A stretch of 39,642 nt of DNA from Octopus bimaculoides. Lineage: Eukaryota. The notes under the pieces are model-generated. The model ran no database searches, was not told the origin of the DNA, and was given only the letters and a program-made list of their open reading frames with translations. The stretch is from assembly GCF_001194135.2 (NCBI RefSeq), contig NC_068982.1, forward strand, positions 154,178,646 to 154,218,287, written 5' to 3'. Positions 11,910 through 24,245 of the stretch are shown here, piece by piece. The position numbers and the translations under genes were made by a program. Within the stretch, counting starts at the first letter, position 1; every line of letters begins with the position of its first letter.

Positions 11910-12528
11910 AACAAACAAGATGAGGACAAATATCTGTCAAATGTAAATAATGTACATAATTCCTCATCTCTTAAATATAGAACTGCATTAACAATATGAT
12001 TGCTCACCAGAACACTTCTACATTGAGATAATGTGCAAAGTGGTTGAGTATTCCATAAAGACATATGCTCTGAATTTATAACAAGGCTGGAACTTTGAAT
12101 TACTGGTACGGTCCATCCCACAGGCTTCTATAATTTCTATTGATTCAGAATCTTAGGTCAACCAAAGTCTTTGGTAAAAGACAGTTGGTCAAGATACCAC
12201 ACAGTCATTGAACTCATTACTTGAGAATGTCAAATAACCTTCTTAACCATCTCTCTTTCTTAGTCTCTACACACACTCACACACACTTACGTGTGTGTTT
12301 ATTTTGATAATGGCCCATACAAGATTAGTCATATTTCCTTCATTTTTTTATTTGTTAGTGTGTACTCAGACGAAGTCTTAATTGAATTAAACGTGACTAG
12401 TCTTGTAAAGTGACATCATCTGAATAAGCAAATATTTCCACTCTACTTTATCTTAATGAGTTCTTTACCTTAAATTGTGTCTCTTCAAGTTTTTTAAGGG
12501 TTGTTTCAGTATAGCTATGTAAAACCAT

Positions 12529-12564
<36 letters not shown>

Positions 12565-13991
12565 ATGCATGTGTGTTAATGGATTGTTAGTTGTTTTATT
12601 TAATTCCAAATGAGTCTCAGTCAAAAGCATTCTCAGTTTAAAAATAGGTTGGTAAAGTAATTAGCAGTTTAAGTGCAAGGCTTGACATAATTCTATTTCT
12701 GAAGGATGATATCCAAGCATGGCCCACAGTCGAATGATTGAAACTAGATTTAATAGAGAAATTAAGTGGTTTTGATATTTGCCAGCCGATATACAAGGAT
12801 GGGCTAAAGTATGCATACAGTTGCTTAATATGAGTGGAATTTTCTTTTAACTTCTATTTCTTTTTTTAAACCTATGCAATTCATGAGTCAACAAAGAAAT
12901 CTGCAGGGGATCCCTAGTTCATTGGAATCCCTCTTTTTTGATTTCTCGGGACTTTGGGTGATTGCATGAGCCATGCAACTGTTTACTTACTTTTGCCCAC
13001 ACTTGTATATAACAGTATATTTCTTTATTTTAGCTTACACTTTTATGTATCCATTTTTAATCTTATGATTATTACCACTGTAAACTGGTCATTAATAATG
13101 AAATATATTTAATTCTATTCCCTGAAGTATTGGGTTTACAACAATAGATATTTCTAAATTCTTTGTGGAAATAGTTAACTCCTACCTACACAATTGCTTT
13201 CTGTACAGCTGCTAGGGTGTCTAACTAAAACATGTTTACCCCTCAGTCAACCCTCATTTAAGAGTCATGTGATCAAATAAACATGCTAATTGTGAGCATC
13301 TCATTCCAGCTTGGGATCAGTTTCAGACACAATGCATCTAAGACTGCTTTATCCAATGTGTCCTACCCCTTTTAAGATGGTAGTGTATCATTTAAGAGAA
13401 ATTTGGTTGCTTTTATTTCATTATACAAAGAGATCTCTGCCTTGATCATACCAAGGAACAACTGCATTATTGAAAAATTTCTTTTAAGATAGTAGATTGT
13501 AAGTTGAGCTACATTTGACTGTTATTTCTTTCAGGCCACATGACTACATAGGAACCCCCACCATTGGCTTGTTGGCTCAGCATATGATAGTATGGCATGA
13601 AATAAGATAGTCCTAATCCAATTCCTGTTGTGACACATCATCACTCCTTTACCACGGTGTTAACATCTAACCTTATAACTAGAAATACCATTTGCTTTAA
13701 ATTACGGAAAACCTTCCTGTTCTTAGTTAAAATGATTGCAGTGTTAGAATGTGATACGCTTCTATCACTCTATTCAAAGGACACAACTCTGTCACCTACT
13801 GGAATTTGAATTCTTAGTGATCTACACATTACATCTATATATATCCCCAGTAGAAAAACGGAAAACATGCTTTCTTCATATACAGGTTGTGTAAATCATC
13901 ATATATTTCACTATAACACATAGCTTACTATCTATCTAAATAACAATGACGTGTGATCAATTTTATGGCACTTTGCTATGTATACTGCGTA

Positions 13992-14700
13992 TATTGAGTT
14001 GTCCCATAAGTAATGTGGTTTTTTTCAGTTGCATGAACTAAAAGTCGGAGGGGAACGGAATAAACTACCTGGTTCAACTTGCTATAAAAGCAGGTAGTAA
14101 TTTTACCTTGTTCTTGTTCTTAGTGCAAGTTTTGAAGGATGCAGTTCGATTTTAACAGTTATTTTTGCAAAGCTAAAATGGAAGTAACAAAGGAGCATAT
14201 TTGGCATATTTTGCTTTATGAGTTCAATAAATGTGACAGTGCAACAGAAAGTGCAAGGAATATTAATGCAGTATATGGGAATCAGACAATAAGTGTAAGC
14301 CAATGTCAATGGTGGTTCCAGAAATTCCGAGCCAGAAACTACAGTCTAGAAGATGAGCTTTGTCCTGGAAGATCTGTTTGGCTTGATGAGGACGTCCTGC
14401 AAACTTTGGTGGAACAAAATCCTATCGTAACTGTTGAAGAACTAGCCGAGAAGCTTGGATTTCGTCATTCAACAAGTCATTCAAGTCAGTGCTAGAAGAA
14501 AAACGACCATCTTTGGTTTCAAGATGAAAGGTGTTCTTCCATCAGGATAATGCTTGGTCACATACAGCAAGGATGACATTCCAAAGGCTGGAGCAGTTTG
14601 AATGTAAAACGACAACCCAGCCACCATTGCCCCAGTTTTCAAAATCATTTGGATGGAAAAAATATGAATTCTATAGACGAGGTCAGAACAGTACTAGAGG
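13992..14700 (+). mobile_element. Mariner transposon, internally deleted, running into a gap
   Basis: TA followed by TIR-like ttgagttgtcccataagt. N-terminal HTH MEVTKEHIWHILLYEFNK...WFQKFR...SLEDE..PGR...LVEQNP.VTVEELAEKLG joins directly to FHQDNAWSHTAR. Confidence 0.93.
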
Positions 14701-14961
14701 NNNNNNNNNNNNNNNNNNNNNNNNNNNNNNNNNNNNNNNNNNNNNNNNNNNNNNNNNNNNNNNNNNNNNNNNNNNNNNNNNNNNNNNNNNNNNNNNNNNN
14801 NNNNNNNNNNNNNNNNNNNNNNNNNNNNNNNNNNNNNNNNNNNNNNNNNNNNNNNNNNNNNNNNNNNNNNNNNNNNNNNNNNNNNNNNNNNNNNNNNNNN
14901 NNNNNNNNNNNNNNNNNNNNNNNNNNNNNNNNNNNNNNNNNNNNNNNNNNNNNNNNNNNNN
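14701..14961. other. Assembly gap
   Basis: N run followed by (TA)n. Confidence 0.99.
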
Positions 14962-15514
14962 TATATATATATAATTTTACACATATCATATACTTATATA
15001 TATTTTTATATTTTGGTAGTGACATGTATGGTGGAGATGCCTAAAACTTACCATACAGTGTTTTATGAATAAGCAAAATGAGCAGATAATAATTTTTAAA
15101 TGATGCCTACAGCTTCAGTTGAAACCTAGAAAATATTTATAAAATGATGTGTTCAAGTTTTTTGTTTTAAATTATATTCTGTTTGTTTTACTAATAAAAC
15201 CAAGAAATATCTAATCTTTCTAAGGTAACTTTTCTTATTTTTGTGGTTTTATTTATGTAATTTTTTTCCCATATTATGTTTTTCTTAATCTCTGTAATTT
15301 TTGTAAATAACCATATATTTATATATTTTTCACATGACCACCAGCATTCTATTTTTTAATTATCATCTATAATTATGCTAGATTATGATGCTTTTCAAAT
15401 ATTGTCACAGATAAACACAATTAAAATGCTATGTAGCAGGGAAAAACTATTTAAAAAAATAAAGTATTTTTTACATCTGAATTCTTTATGTGTCGTGTTT
15501 CCTTAAAAAAGCAT

Positions 15515-15760
15515 ATACACTCATCAAGCCGAGTAAAATCACAGTCTTGGCAGATACCAGCGTCATGCAAGTGGCACATAAAAGCACCTGTTACACTCTC
15601 AGAGTGATTGGCATTAGAAAGGGCATCCAGCTGTAGAAAACTATGCCAAGTCAGACTGGAGTCTGGTGCAGCCTTCCAGCTTACCAATCCTGGTCAAACC
15701 ATCCACTGAATGTCTGTTGTCCATGCCAGCATGGACAACAGACATTCAATGATGATATTA
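15515..15760 (+). mobile_element. Family C copy
   Basis: ttggcattagaaagggcatccagctgtagaaa...ccatgccagcatgga...atgatgat. Confidence 0.8.
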
Positions 15761-16412
15761 ATAATGGTATCTTAAAAATGTAGATGTTTAAAACATTTGG
15801 TTATTTTAGTGTATGCATCTACATCAATGGTTCCAGCCTTTGATCATGACCCATTTTGGTAATTTAATTCTTTATGACACTTGTGACAGTTTTTTTTTTT
15901 TTTTTTTTTAAATAGAAAAATATCCAAAAGTTTAATTAGATTATCATTTGGTACTTTACTTTGGGAAATATTCTTCAGTTTTTATTGGCAGTAAATGCAG
16001 AGCTTATTGTACAACATTCCTGAACACCTTACATCTTATCAAATATTTTAAAAGTAAGATTTCATTTTCAGCTTTTTTTCAAATTGTGCTTTTTCAAAGT
16101 GATCTGTTGGAGGCCACTATTTTACTCCATGACAATCTTGCTTTCTACTTGATATTTGACTGATTTATCTTTCTCTTCTTGTTAGCTCGTATACAAAGCC
16201 TTAACCTTTAGCTCACTGTAGGTGCATCATGTCACCATATGAGTTTTATCCCCTGCAGTAACAGGGCAGTGGCAGGGAAACAATTCTAGAGAAAATGCAG
16301 TGTGTTAAAGGTTTAAATTGACCATTTGATAGGAATGACATCAGTCAGTGGAGTTGCAAACAAAACAAAGACTTTGGATCACCTATTTACAACAGGACTG
16401 TTATCGATATTA

Positions 16413-16625
16413 AGGTGGCAAATAGGCAGAATCGTTAGCATGCCAGGCAAAATGCTTAGCAGCATTTCGTCTGTCTTTATGCTTTGAGTTCAAATTCCAT
16501 CAAGGTTGATTTTTGCCTTTCATCCTTTCAGAGTCAATAAAAATAAGCACTAATCGAGTACTGGGGTCGATATAATCGACTTACCACCTCCCCTGAAATT
16601 GCTGGCTTTGCACCAAAATTTGAAA
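16413..16625 (+). mobile_element. tRNA-derived SINE, family B
   Basis: ggcagaatcgttagca...gagttcaaattcc...gcctttcatcctt...ctggggtcgat, shared with the copies at 24.0 kb and 30.5 kb. Confidence 0.85.
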
Positions 16626-16809
16626 TCAATATTAATTGTATCTCTTAGTCTTACATATCTTACTGATTACATTTTGCCTGTTTCACTATATCTCATACAT
16701 TAATCTTGATTTTCAAATGTTTCAAGGTTAAATGTGGTCAAGCGTTAAATAGTTTAAATTGCTTCTGCTGTCTTAAAAAAAAGCTGCAGACATTATCAGT
16801 AATATATAA

Positions 16810-17700
16810 TTGTTACCAACAGAAGTAAACTCCTTAAACTGTTTCCACCCTGTCATTATTCTATCATCCTTTATTGCTAATAAGGTTACTTAAGTGACAG
16901 AAACTATTTACTATTTCTTGGGAACTTTCTGGGCATTTGAGAGAACCTATTTCCATAGTGTTTATTGCTCCTGTGTACAAAAACTACTTTCTCTGTTAAC
17001 TTTCCTGTGATTCCATTGCACCTTCTGTTTCTAGAGCTTGCACTAGGTACACCATGTACAATTTCTACTTACATCTTTCCTACATACTGAGCAAGGTAAT
17101 GTTTTAGAAGGGAGTAAAGTTTTATCTATTTTCCTGTTTAGTAGAACTTTTTTTTTTTGCCTAAATTAACTTTAAGGCCCTTTGATTCCAGGTTTTGTTT
17201 CTACACCTGAAATTTCTTTACTAATTTTATTACAGATTCCACTATAAGAACAAAACAATCAGTATGTAGTAATTCCCAAGTGCAACCAGTCTTAAGTTCA
17301 TCTGTAATGGCTTGGATAAGTAGGTGGGCACTGAGAATTGAGCCCTAATAAGAAAATAAATGCGCCCTTTTAAAGCCTAGTCAGGCTCATGGGCCCAGTT
17401 TCCCGGTTTCAATGGCATATGTGTTCCCCAGCTGGACGTTACTCATTTTTGCCAGCTGAGTGGACTGGAGCAACGTGAAATGAAGTGTTTTGCTCAAGAA
17501 CACAACATGTCGCCCGGTCCAGGAATTGAAACCACAATCTTATAATCATGTTGCTGACACCCTAACCACTAAGCCACGTGCCTTCACATGAGAACTGAGC
17601 CCTAGTGAACACTAAATTCTATTTATTCTGGGTAAAAATGTCCATATTTTATGACGAATAAGTTTAAAATGCATGTTGATGGCTTTGAGCCAAGACTGTC
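16810..17700 (-). mobile_element. Older, more decayed RTE-clade LINE remnant of the same type, split by a SINE
   Basis: Minus-strand VH*GSVL...IQAITDELKTGCTWELLHTD and LPCSVCRKDVSRN are homologous to the 6.6-7.9 kb element. Confidence 0.75.
17348..17588 (-). mobile_element. tRNA-derived CORE-like SINE with target-site duplication
   Basis: Head gtgaaggcacgtggcttagtggttaggg, B-box ggtttcaattcc and core gtgttcttgagcaaaacactt. 16-bp TSD tgagaa(t/c)tgagcccta at 17332-17347 and 17589-17604. Confidence 0.88.
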
Positions 17701-18413
17701 AGAGTAAGTCAAAGTGTTGTGCACTTGCTGGAAAATAAGATCCAGTAAACTTCATGAGATGTCAACTTAGTGCAACCTTTCATATTTCTGTCTCCAAGCT
17801 AATATTCTTTACCAGAAAATCCATCTGCAAAAATAGATTCAGCATGTTTGAAGTTTACCATTTCTATGCAGCACAAATTCAACAAATAGTTGATGTTTCA
17901 CCCTGATCAAGCATCTCCGTGACCAAAGGCGTTGAAACCATCACTATCCTGTCTTTCATTTCAGAAATTACATATCAAGAATTACATTATCTGAGGTGGC
18001 TCTCTGTTAAGATAATAAGTTAGGATTTGGCTGTTATTTCTAGGAAGTTGATTGGCCATATAAGTTCCTTCATTAGTTCGCTCAGCTAAGGATAATGATT
18101 CTGAACCTTTTCTTTGTTATTTAACCACTTGGTTTAATGAGTTTTGCCTTTTTTATGCTACCAGTTACCTCCCTTGCTCCCTCAAGCAACTTCCTTTAAT
18201 ATCCATTCCTCATTCACATCATTCCTTCGTACTTGATTTTCCACTGACTACTCCTTTCTGTGCTTCAGATACCTTCCTCTGCTCTGAGCTACTGCTGAAA
18301 ACAGTAGCCAAATCTCACTCTAATCACACGCATTTCATAATGTAGTCCAATAAATAACTCAAACAAATGCATGACTCTCACGGTTGAAATGCCTGATGTG
18401 GATTGGTCTAGGA

Positions 18414-18935
18414 CAGGGGTCGGGAAACATTTTAGTGCGGCAGGCAAAAATTTACAAAGAAATTAGGTCTGCAGGCGGATCACAAATTCTAACTCTCGTA
18501 TCTGTGTAGATTTTGTATATATCTATGTGTAATTCGATTTACATTAATAAAGATAAGTTTCACACATTAAATTAATGCGTAACATCTTCATTAACGCCGC
18601 CACTGAATTTAGGACGTTTATATTACTTATGAAGTGGTCTATATTCTTCAGCTAGAGTGTAGTTGGGTCTCAAGGGGGTGGTACACTCCTAGCAATATGT
18701 GTTTTATAACGAAGAGAAAATTTCCATTCAAATGGCAATTACCGGACAACTTTCTGTTCGACTCGAACCGTTTAAAGTCATAGCGGAAATGCAATTAGGC
18801 ATACGAATAGTGTATACATTTTATAATTGAAAAATTTAACCATATTTTGTACATACGAGTATATCAGCCTGTAGGCGAAATAAAAAGGGCTTGCAGGTGC
18901 AATTGCGCCCACGAGCTGGGGTTTCCCCACCCTTG
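18414..18935. mobile_element. hAT (Charlie-like) MITE
   Basis: 15-bp TIRs caggggtcgggaaac / gtttccccacccttg (13/15 match), with a perfect 8-bp TSD GTCTAGGA at 18406-18413 and 18936-18943. Confidence 0.9.
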
Positions 18936-19124
18936 GTCTAGGACAACTCTCTTTTGTTTTTGTTTTACATAGCCAGGTGAAATACCCATGGACTTTTTCT
19001 AGACCTCTATGAATGGTGGGTGAGGAAGAGAAGTTATCCTCAGTCTGGGGAGCTAACTCAAATGCTTGCAATAGAGTGGACTCTGCTAAAGGTACCCAAA
19101 GCTCGTGTAGTGAATGGTATTGGT

Positions 19125-19398
19125 TGGTTGATTGGCACGTGCACCCTTAACGTAGTTCTCGGGGATATTCAGTGTGACAAGGCTGACCCTTTGAATTACA
19201 GGCACAACAGAAACAGGAAGTAAGAGAAAGTTGTGGTGGAAGAGTACAGTGAAGTTCGCCACCATCCCCTGCCGGAGCCTCGTGGAGCTTTAGGTGTTTT
19301 CGTTCAATAAACACTCACAACGCCCGGTCTGGGAATCGAAACCGCGATCCTATGACCGCAAGTCCGCTGCCCTAATCACTGGGCCATTGCGGCTCCAC
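19125..19398 (-). mobile_element. tRNA-derived SINE (another family)
   Basis: Head gtggagccgcaatggcccagtgattaggg and B-box ggtttcgattccc. The 3' limit is approximate. Confidence 0.8.
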
Positions 19399-19976
19399 TA
19401 TGGTTTAAATAAAATGCATAATAATGAAGTGGTGTTTAAATAGAACTATCAAATCACTCACCAAGATAACAAAAAATACCTTTTGGAATAATTTGTTTTT
19501 TGAAAAAGGTAAATAAGAGAAAAAAAATAAACGAGGCACACATTAACATAGATAAAATTTATTTCAAACAATGAAGGTAATGTTAATGTTTTATATTCTT
19601 TATATGAGAAGTAATTTGGAATTAAATTATTCACTTGATGACATATATCTTTTCACTTTAAAAATTGAATCACTAATTCTTTTCTAATGCTTATTTACGA
19701 GATGAATTGTAAAATAGCAATTACTAACAGTTGTTATCATGTTAAACTGGCGGTTGTCAATGTGTGTGTGTGTGTACTTTTTTTTTTTTTTTCACTAAAG
19801 CTGCAAATGCATCACAAAACACAGTGACTCCGAGTCTCACATTCCCGTTCGTCAGACATCTGGAATCAAGAGTTTTTTTTGTGATGTTTTTGCAGCTTTA
19901 ATGAAAAAGCATGACTTTACCTTTGGTATTCGAGTACTATTTTTTCCACCTTGTTTTGTATTTATGTGCTTCCTCG

Positions 19977-20152
19977 TGTGTGTGTGTGTGTGTCAGTGTG
20001 TGGATATACGTATGTGTGTGTGTGTGTGTGTGTAAATATGTGTGTATACGTGCATATATTTGTGTGTGTATATGTATATACATGTGTGTGTACATGAGTA
20101 TGTATTTGTATACATATGTATGTATGTGTATACATATATATATGTATGTATA
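19977..20152. repeat. (TG)/(TATG) compound microsatellite before a short gap
   Basis: Direct reading. Confidence 0.9.
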
Positions 20153-20162
20153 NNNNNNNNNN

Positions 20163-20320
20163 CATCATCATCGTTTAACGTCCGCCTTCCATGCTAGCAT
20201 GGGTTGGACGATTTGACCAATGACTGGCAAACCAGATGGCTACACCAAGCTCCAATCTGATTTGGCAGAGTTTCTACAGCTGGAAGCCCTTCCTAATGCC
20301 AACCACCCCGAGAGTGTAGT
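20163..20320 (-). mobile_element. Family C copy
   Basis: Near-identical to 1443-1586. Confidence 0.8.
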
Positions 20321-20321
20321 T

Positions 20322-20322
20322 C

Positions 20323-20356
<34 letters not shown>

Positions 20357-20417
20357 ATGTACGTGTATATATATATGTATGTGAATATATGTGTGTATAT
20401 ATATATTTGTATGTGCA

Positions 20418-20503
<86 letters not shown>
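20322..20503. repeat. (TA)/(TG) compound microsatellite
   Basis: Direct reading. Confidence 0.95.
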
Positions 20504-20506
<3 letters not shown>

Positions 20507-21570
20507 TATTTTAAAACAGAAAAATGTCTACTATGAAAATTTATTACATAACATTCATTTCAAGAAGTTACTTACATTGTTAATATTTCATGTGAATTCC
20601 CTGAGCTTGAATACTTGCTTCAATGTGCCTGAGAAGAGATGCGTACAAATCTTTCACCATCTTCACAAGTATGAGATGCCATTCCATGTGGCTGAGCTCC
20701 CGCAACTCTTCAAGATTGCATGGATTCTTCTGACAAACTCTTCTCTTTAGTTCTGTCCACATTTGCTTGATGATATTTAAGTCAGGGCTCTGAGCTGACC
20801 AATCTTTCAATATGGTAACACCTTTATCAGCCAGACTCTGCTGTGCTACATGCGATTTGTGGCATGAAGCTCTTACCCACAAACTTCACTGTTTTTGTCA
20901 TGTAACATGGGTTGTTTCATTTTCCTGGAGGCCTTCTGACAAGTTCTCGCTTATTAGAGAGTGAAACAACCCACGTTACACAGGGAAAACAGTGAAGTTT
21001 GGGGGTAAGAGTCTGATGCTTTGGGGATACATAAAAAGTGATGGTTCAAGAAAGCTGGTCAAAATTGATGGTAACTTGAATAGTGCCAAATACATCCAGT
21101 TGCTGAAGGACAATTTGATACCAGACTTGGATGAAGGTAAGGTTTTTCAGCATGACAGCTCCATTCCACAAATCGCATGCAACACAACAGTCTTGCTGAT
21201 GAAGGTGTTACCGTATTGAAAGATGGCCCAGCTCAGAGCCCAGACTTAAATATCAATGAGCAAATGTGGACAGAAGAGTTCATTAGAAGAATCCACACAA
21301 TCTTGAAGTGTTGTGGGAGCTCAGCCACAGAGAATGGCAGCTCATACCTATGAAGATGGTAAAAATGGTGAAGGATTTGTACGCATCTCTTCCCAGGCAC
21401 ATTGAAGCAATTAATCAAGCTAAGGGAAGCCATATGAAATATTAACAATGTACAGTAACTTCTTGAAATGAACATAATGTAATAAATTTTCATTATAGAC
21501 ATTTTTTTTGTTTTAGAACACTGTATTTTGATTGGTTTATGTGAGGTGGCCAAAAACCTTTGCACTGCCA
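20504..21570. mobile_element. Tc1-derived foldback: two inverted transposase 3' halves
   Basis: Plus arm: TVKFGGKSLMLWG...FQHD...PAQSPDLN. Minus arm: WSAQSPDLNIIKQMWTELKRRV. The arms are reverse complements around a ~40-nt loop at 20921-20960. A Tc1-like TIR (ggtggccaaaaacctttgcactg) lies at about 21543-21567. Confidence 0.9.
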
Positions 21571-21949
21571 TATTTGGTGGTCATCTAGAATCTTCCCCTC
21601 TCATTCAGAACCCATACCACAAGATATAATGATTAGGTATAGAAATGACTCCAACAGGGCCAATGTTTCATCTGTAAAAACACAATGTGAAACATCCACT
21701 TATAAGCTGGCAACTAGTAAAAGTTTATAATACTTTAAAGTAGCCGAAGACTTTTGCATGATACTGTATACACCTTTTATAATGCCCCACTTTTGCATAT
21801 ATTCAGAGGCTTAAAATGATATGTTATAAAATACTCCCGTTTGAAAAAACTGAATAGAAGAAATATAAACACACAGCCCACAAATTCTACCTCCATAAAA
21901 AAACAAGATTTAAAATTTCTACATACTAATGAAATTGCTTGTTTAACAA

Positions 21950-22550
21950 TGAACATCAAAAGAGAAACATAGAGACCTTTACTCTTTACTACTTCCTTTT
22001 GTGAACATCAGGTACAAGATAAACAAATTTCTATACTAACAACTTCATGACGTGCCTGTCCTATAACCCACACCTTCTAAGTAAAAGTAGGAAATACCCT
22101 AAATAATAAAAAGTAAAGAAACTGACCTGCTAAAACATACCACCTTATATTCTTTTGTGAACCCTAAAAAGTCCCCTTACAAAATAGTTGATACATCCAA
22201 TTACTAAGTTTTTAAATACTGAACTAGACTTTGAAACTTTGACCCTTATGTTATCAAAACAAACATTAAATCTATCTAAACCAAAAATAACTAAAACTAC
22301 TCACATCTTATGCCTACCTGTCAAAAGGGAAACACCTAAATATTCACACCTGCTTACAAAGTTCTACATACAATAAGATAGCCCCAACTTATTCAATAAA
22401 AGTTTCTCCATAACAACCCTAAAATATAATTACCATTCCACTCAAACCTATACATGCAAGGAAGATTTTAACTCAACAGGAGACAATATAAAGCTAAGAT
22501 TAGCTTCAATGTATCAAAGACCAACTGCCCAAAACTTCAAAATCACAATC
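21950..22550 (+). mobile_element. Possible decayed Penelope-like element remnant
   Basis: Strongly C/A-skewed strand. LLPFVNIRYKINKFL and YTCKEDFNSTGDNIKLRL loosely resemble the PLE linker and GIY-YIG segments. Confidence 0.3.
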
Positions 22551-23099
22551 TGTAATATTCTTGTTAAAGATTAATGTGTGTGTAACTTTTAGAATGGGTG
22601 AAATTATTAACAATTCTCGCTTGCAGCATCTTGAGGAAGAAAAAAGCAGAAAACTTTCACGCTACATGCAGCCTTGTGCTTAAAGAAACTTGAAGAAAAG
22701 GAACAGTTCGTTGATCAGGATTATGGAATGTTCAAATGCAAAGACCTTAATATAAATGTCAAAACACTAAAAAAATCAAATTTAAATAATAATAGTACCA
22801 TCACTAGTTTCAAGTGAGTTCATTTTGTCTTTTGTTTTTGTGGCTGATGGGAACAAGTGGAGATGTTAGCCTTGCAATAGTTTTGATTCTGCTAATGGCA
22901 CCTTGAGGTCCTAGTGGTGGTGTTAAACAGTGCAACAAATTTAGTTTACCCCCAAAATAATATTATAATGAAATGATGTTTAACAGAATGTTTTGAAATA
23001 ATTGCTTATAAAATTGGTGAATTCTTCATGGAGGTCAGCAAATGTGGAGTTTTGACACTCGTTCCCTTGTAAATGGCATTGGTAATGTAAGCAATGTTT

Positions 23100-23195
23100 C
23101 TAATTTAACATTTTCAGTAAAATTATGAACAGAACTGCTCCATATAAGATACTGTAGCTTAGCTTGTAGTTGACAGGATTAACACCAGATGATTC
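23100..23195 (-). CDS. Candidate terminal exon encoding a hydrophobic C-terminal tail
   Basis: Minus-strand acceptor ttttatcatcatttcAG; phase 0 gives ESSGVNPVNYKLSYSILYGAVLFIILLKMLN*. No homology was recognised, so this is speculative. Confidence 0.25.
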   Translation of the reverse strand, partial: ESSGVNPVNYKLSYSILYGAVLFIILLKMLN

Positions 23196-23475
23196 CTGAA
23201 ATGATGATAAAATATGAAGTAACGCATGAGTTTAATAAGGATAAGTAGAAACAATCACTGAAATCCCTACAGCTTAATTTAACATCTTGGGGAAAGTTAT
23301 AGCCTAGATTGATCTGAGTGGTATAAAATGTGTTTTGATGCATCTAAACAATTTGAGTTGAAGGAATAGAACAATAAAAGAATTATATCCTGCAATTAAC
23401 AAATACATTTGTCCAATTCCAAACAAAACCAAAATCATTATTGTCCTCATTGTGATTTCACAGTAAAATCCATAT

Positions 23476-23870
23476 ACTCTTTACTCTTTTACTTGTTTCA
23501 GTCATTTGACTGCGGCCATGCTGGAGCACCGCCGTTTTTAGTCGAGCAAATCGACCCCAGGACTTATTCTTTGGAAGCCTAGTACTTATTCTATCGATCT
23601 CTTTGCCGAACCGCTAAGTTACGGGGACGTAAGCACACCAGTATCGGTTGTCAAGCGATGTTGGGGGAACAAACACAGACACATACACATACATATATAC
23701 ATATATACGATGGGCTTCTTTCAGTTTCCGCCTACCAAATCCACTCACAAGGCTTTGGTCGGCCCGAGACTATAGTTGAAGACACTTGCCCAAGGTGCCA
23801 CGCAGTGGGACTGAACTCCGAACCATGTGGTTGGTATGCAAGCTACTTACCACACAGCCACTCCTGCGCC
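23476..23870 (-). mobile_element. tRNA-derived SINE, family A
   Basis: Near full-length reverse complement of 9903-10284. Confidence 0.85.
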
Positions 23871-24022
23871 TAAACTTACATTCATGAACTAAAATTACAT
23901 TCATGCACCTATTTCAAATAGATGCAGCTTCTTTTATTTTTAATCCTTTCTTTAAAAAAACACATTCCTTCTATCAAATACTCATAAGATGAAATTGATG
24001 AGAGTGACCATCATTATTATTA

Positions 24023-24245
24023 AGGCAGTGAGCTGGCAGAATTGTTAGCATGCCAGGCAAAATGCTTTGCGGCATTTCGTCCTTCTTTACATTCTGAGTT
24101 CAAATTCTGCCAAGATCGACTTTGCCTTTCATCCTTTTGTGGTCAATAAATTAAGTGCCAGTGAAACATGGGGTCAAGGTAATTCGTTAGTCCCCCCACT
24201 CTAAAATTTCAGGCCTTATGTCTTTAGTAGAAAGGATTATTATTA
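24023..24245 (+). mobile_element. SINE family B
   Basis: Same head and body as 16413, with an (ATT)n tail. Confidence 0.85.

Larger units (their letters stand above)
11515..11956. repeat. Palindromic element: two head-to-head copies of a tRNA-headed retroposon-like unit
   Basis: Arms of about 210-220 bp are reverse complements with few mismatches outside an (ATA)n tract. The 14-nt loop is at 11723-11736, and a B-box GTTCGATTCC is on the minus strand at 11696-11705. Confidence 0.92.

Noticed and set aside
11433-11999. Paired near-identical ORFs on opposite strands
   Set aside because: A by-product of the palindrome, not proteins.
15051-15125. Minus-strand AG...GTAAGT-bounded 75-nt segment
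   Set aside because: All three frames contain stops, and there is no other support.
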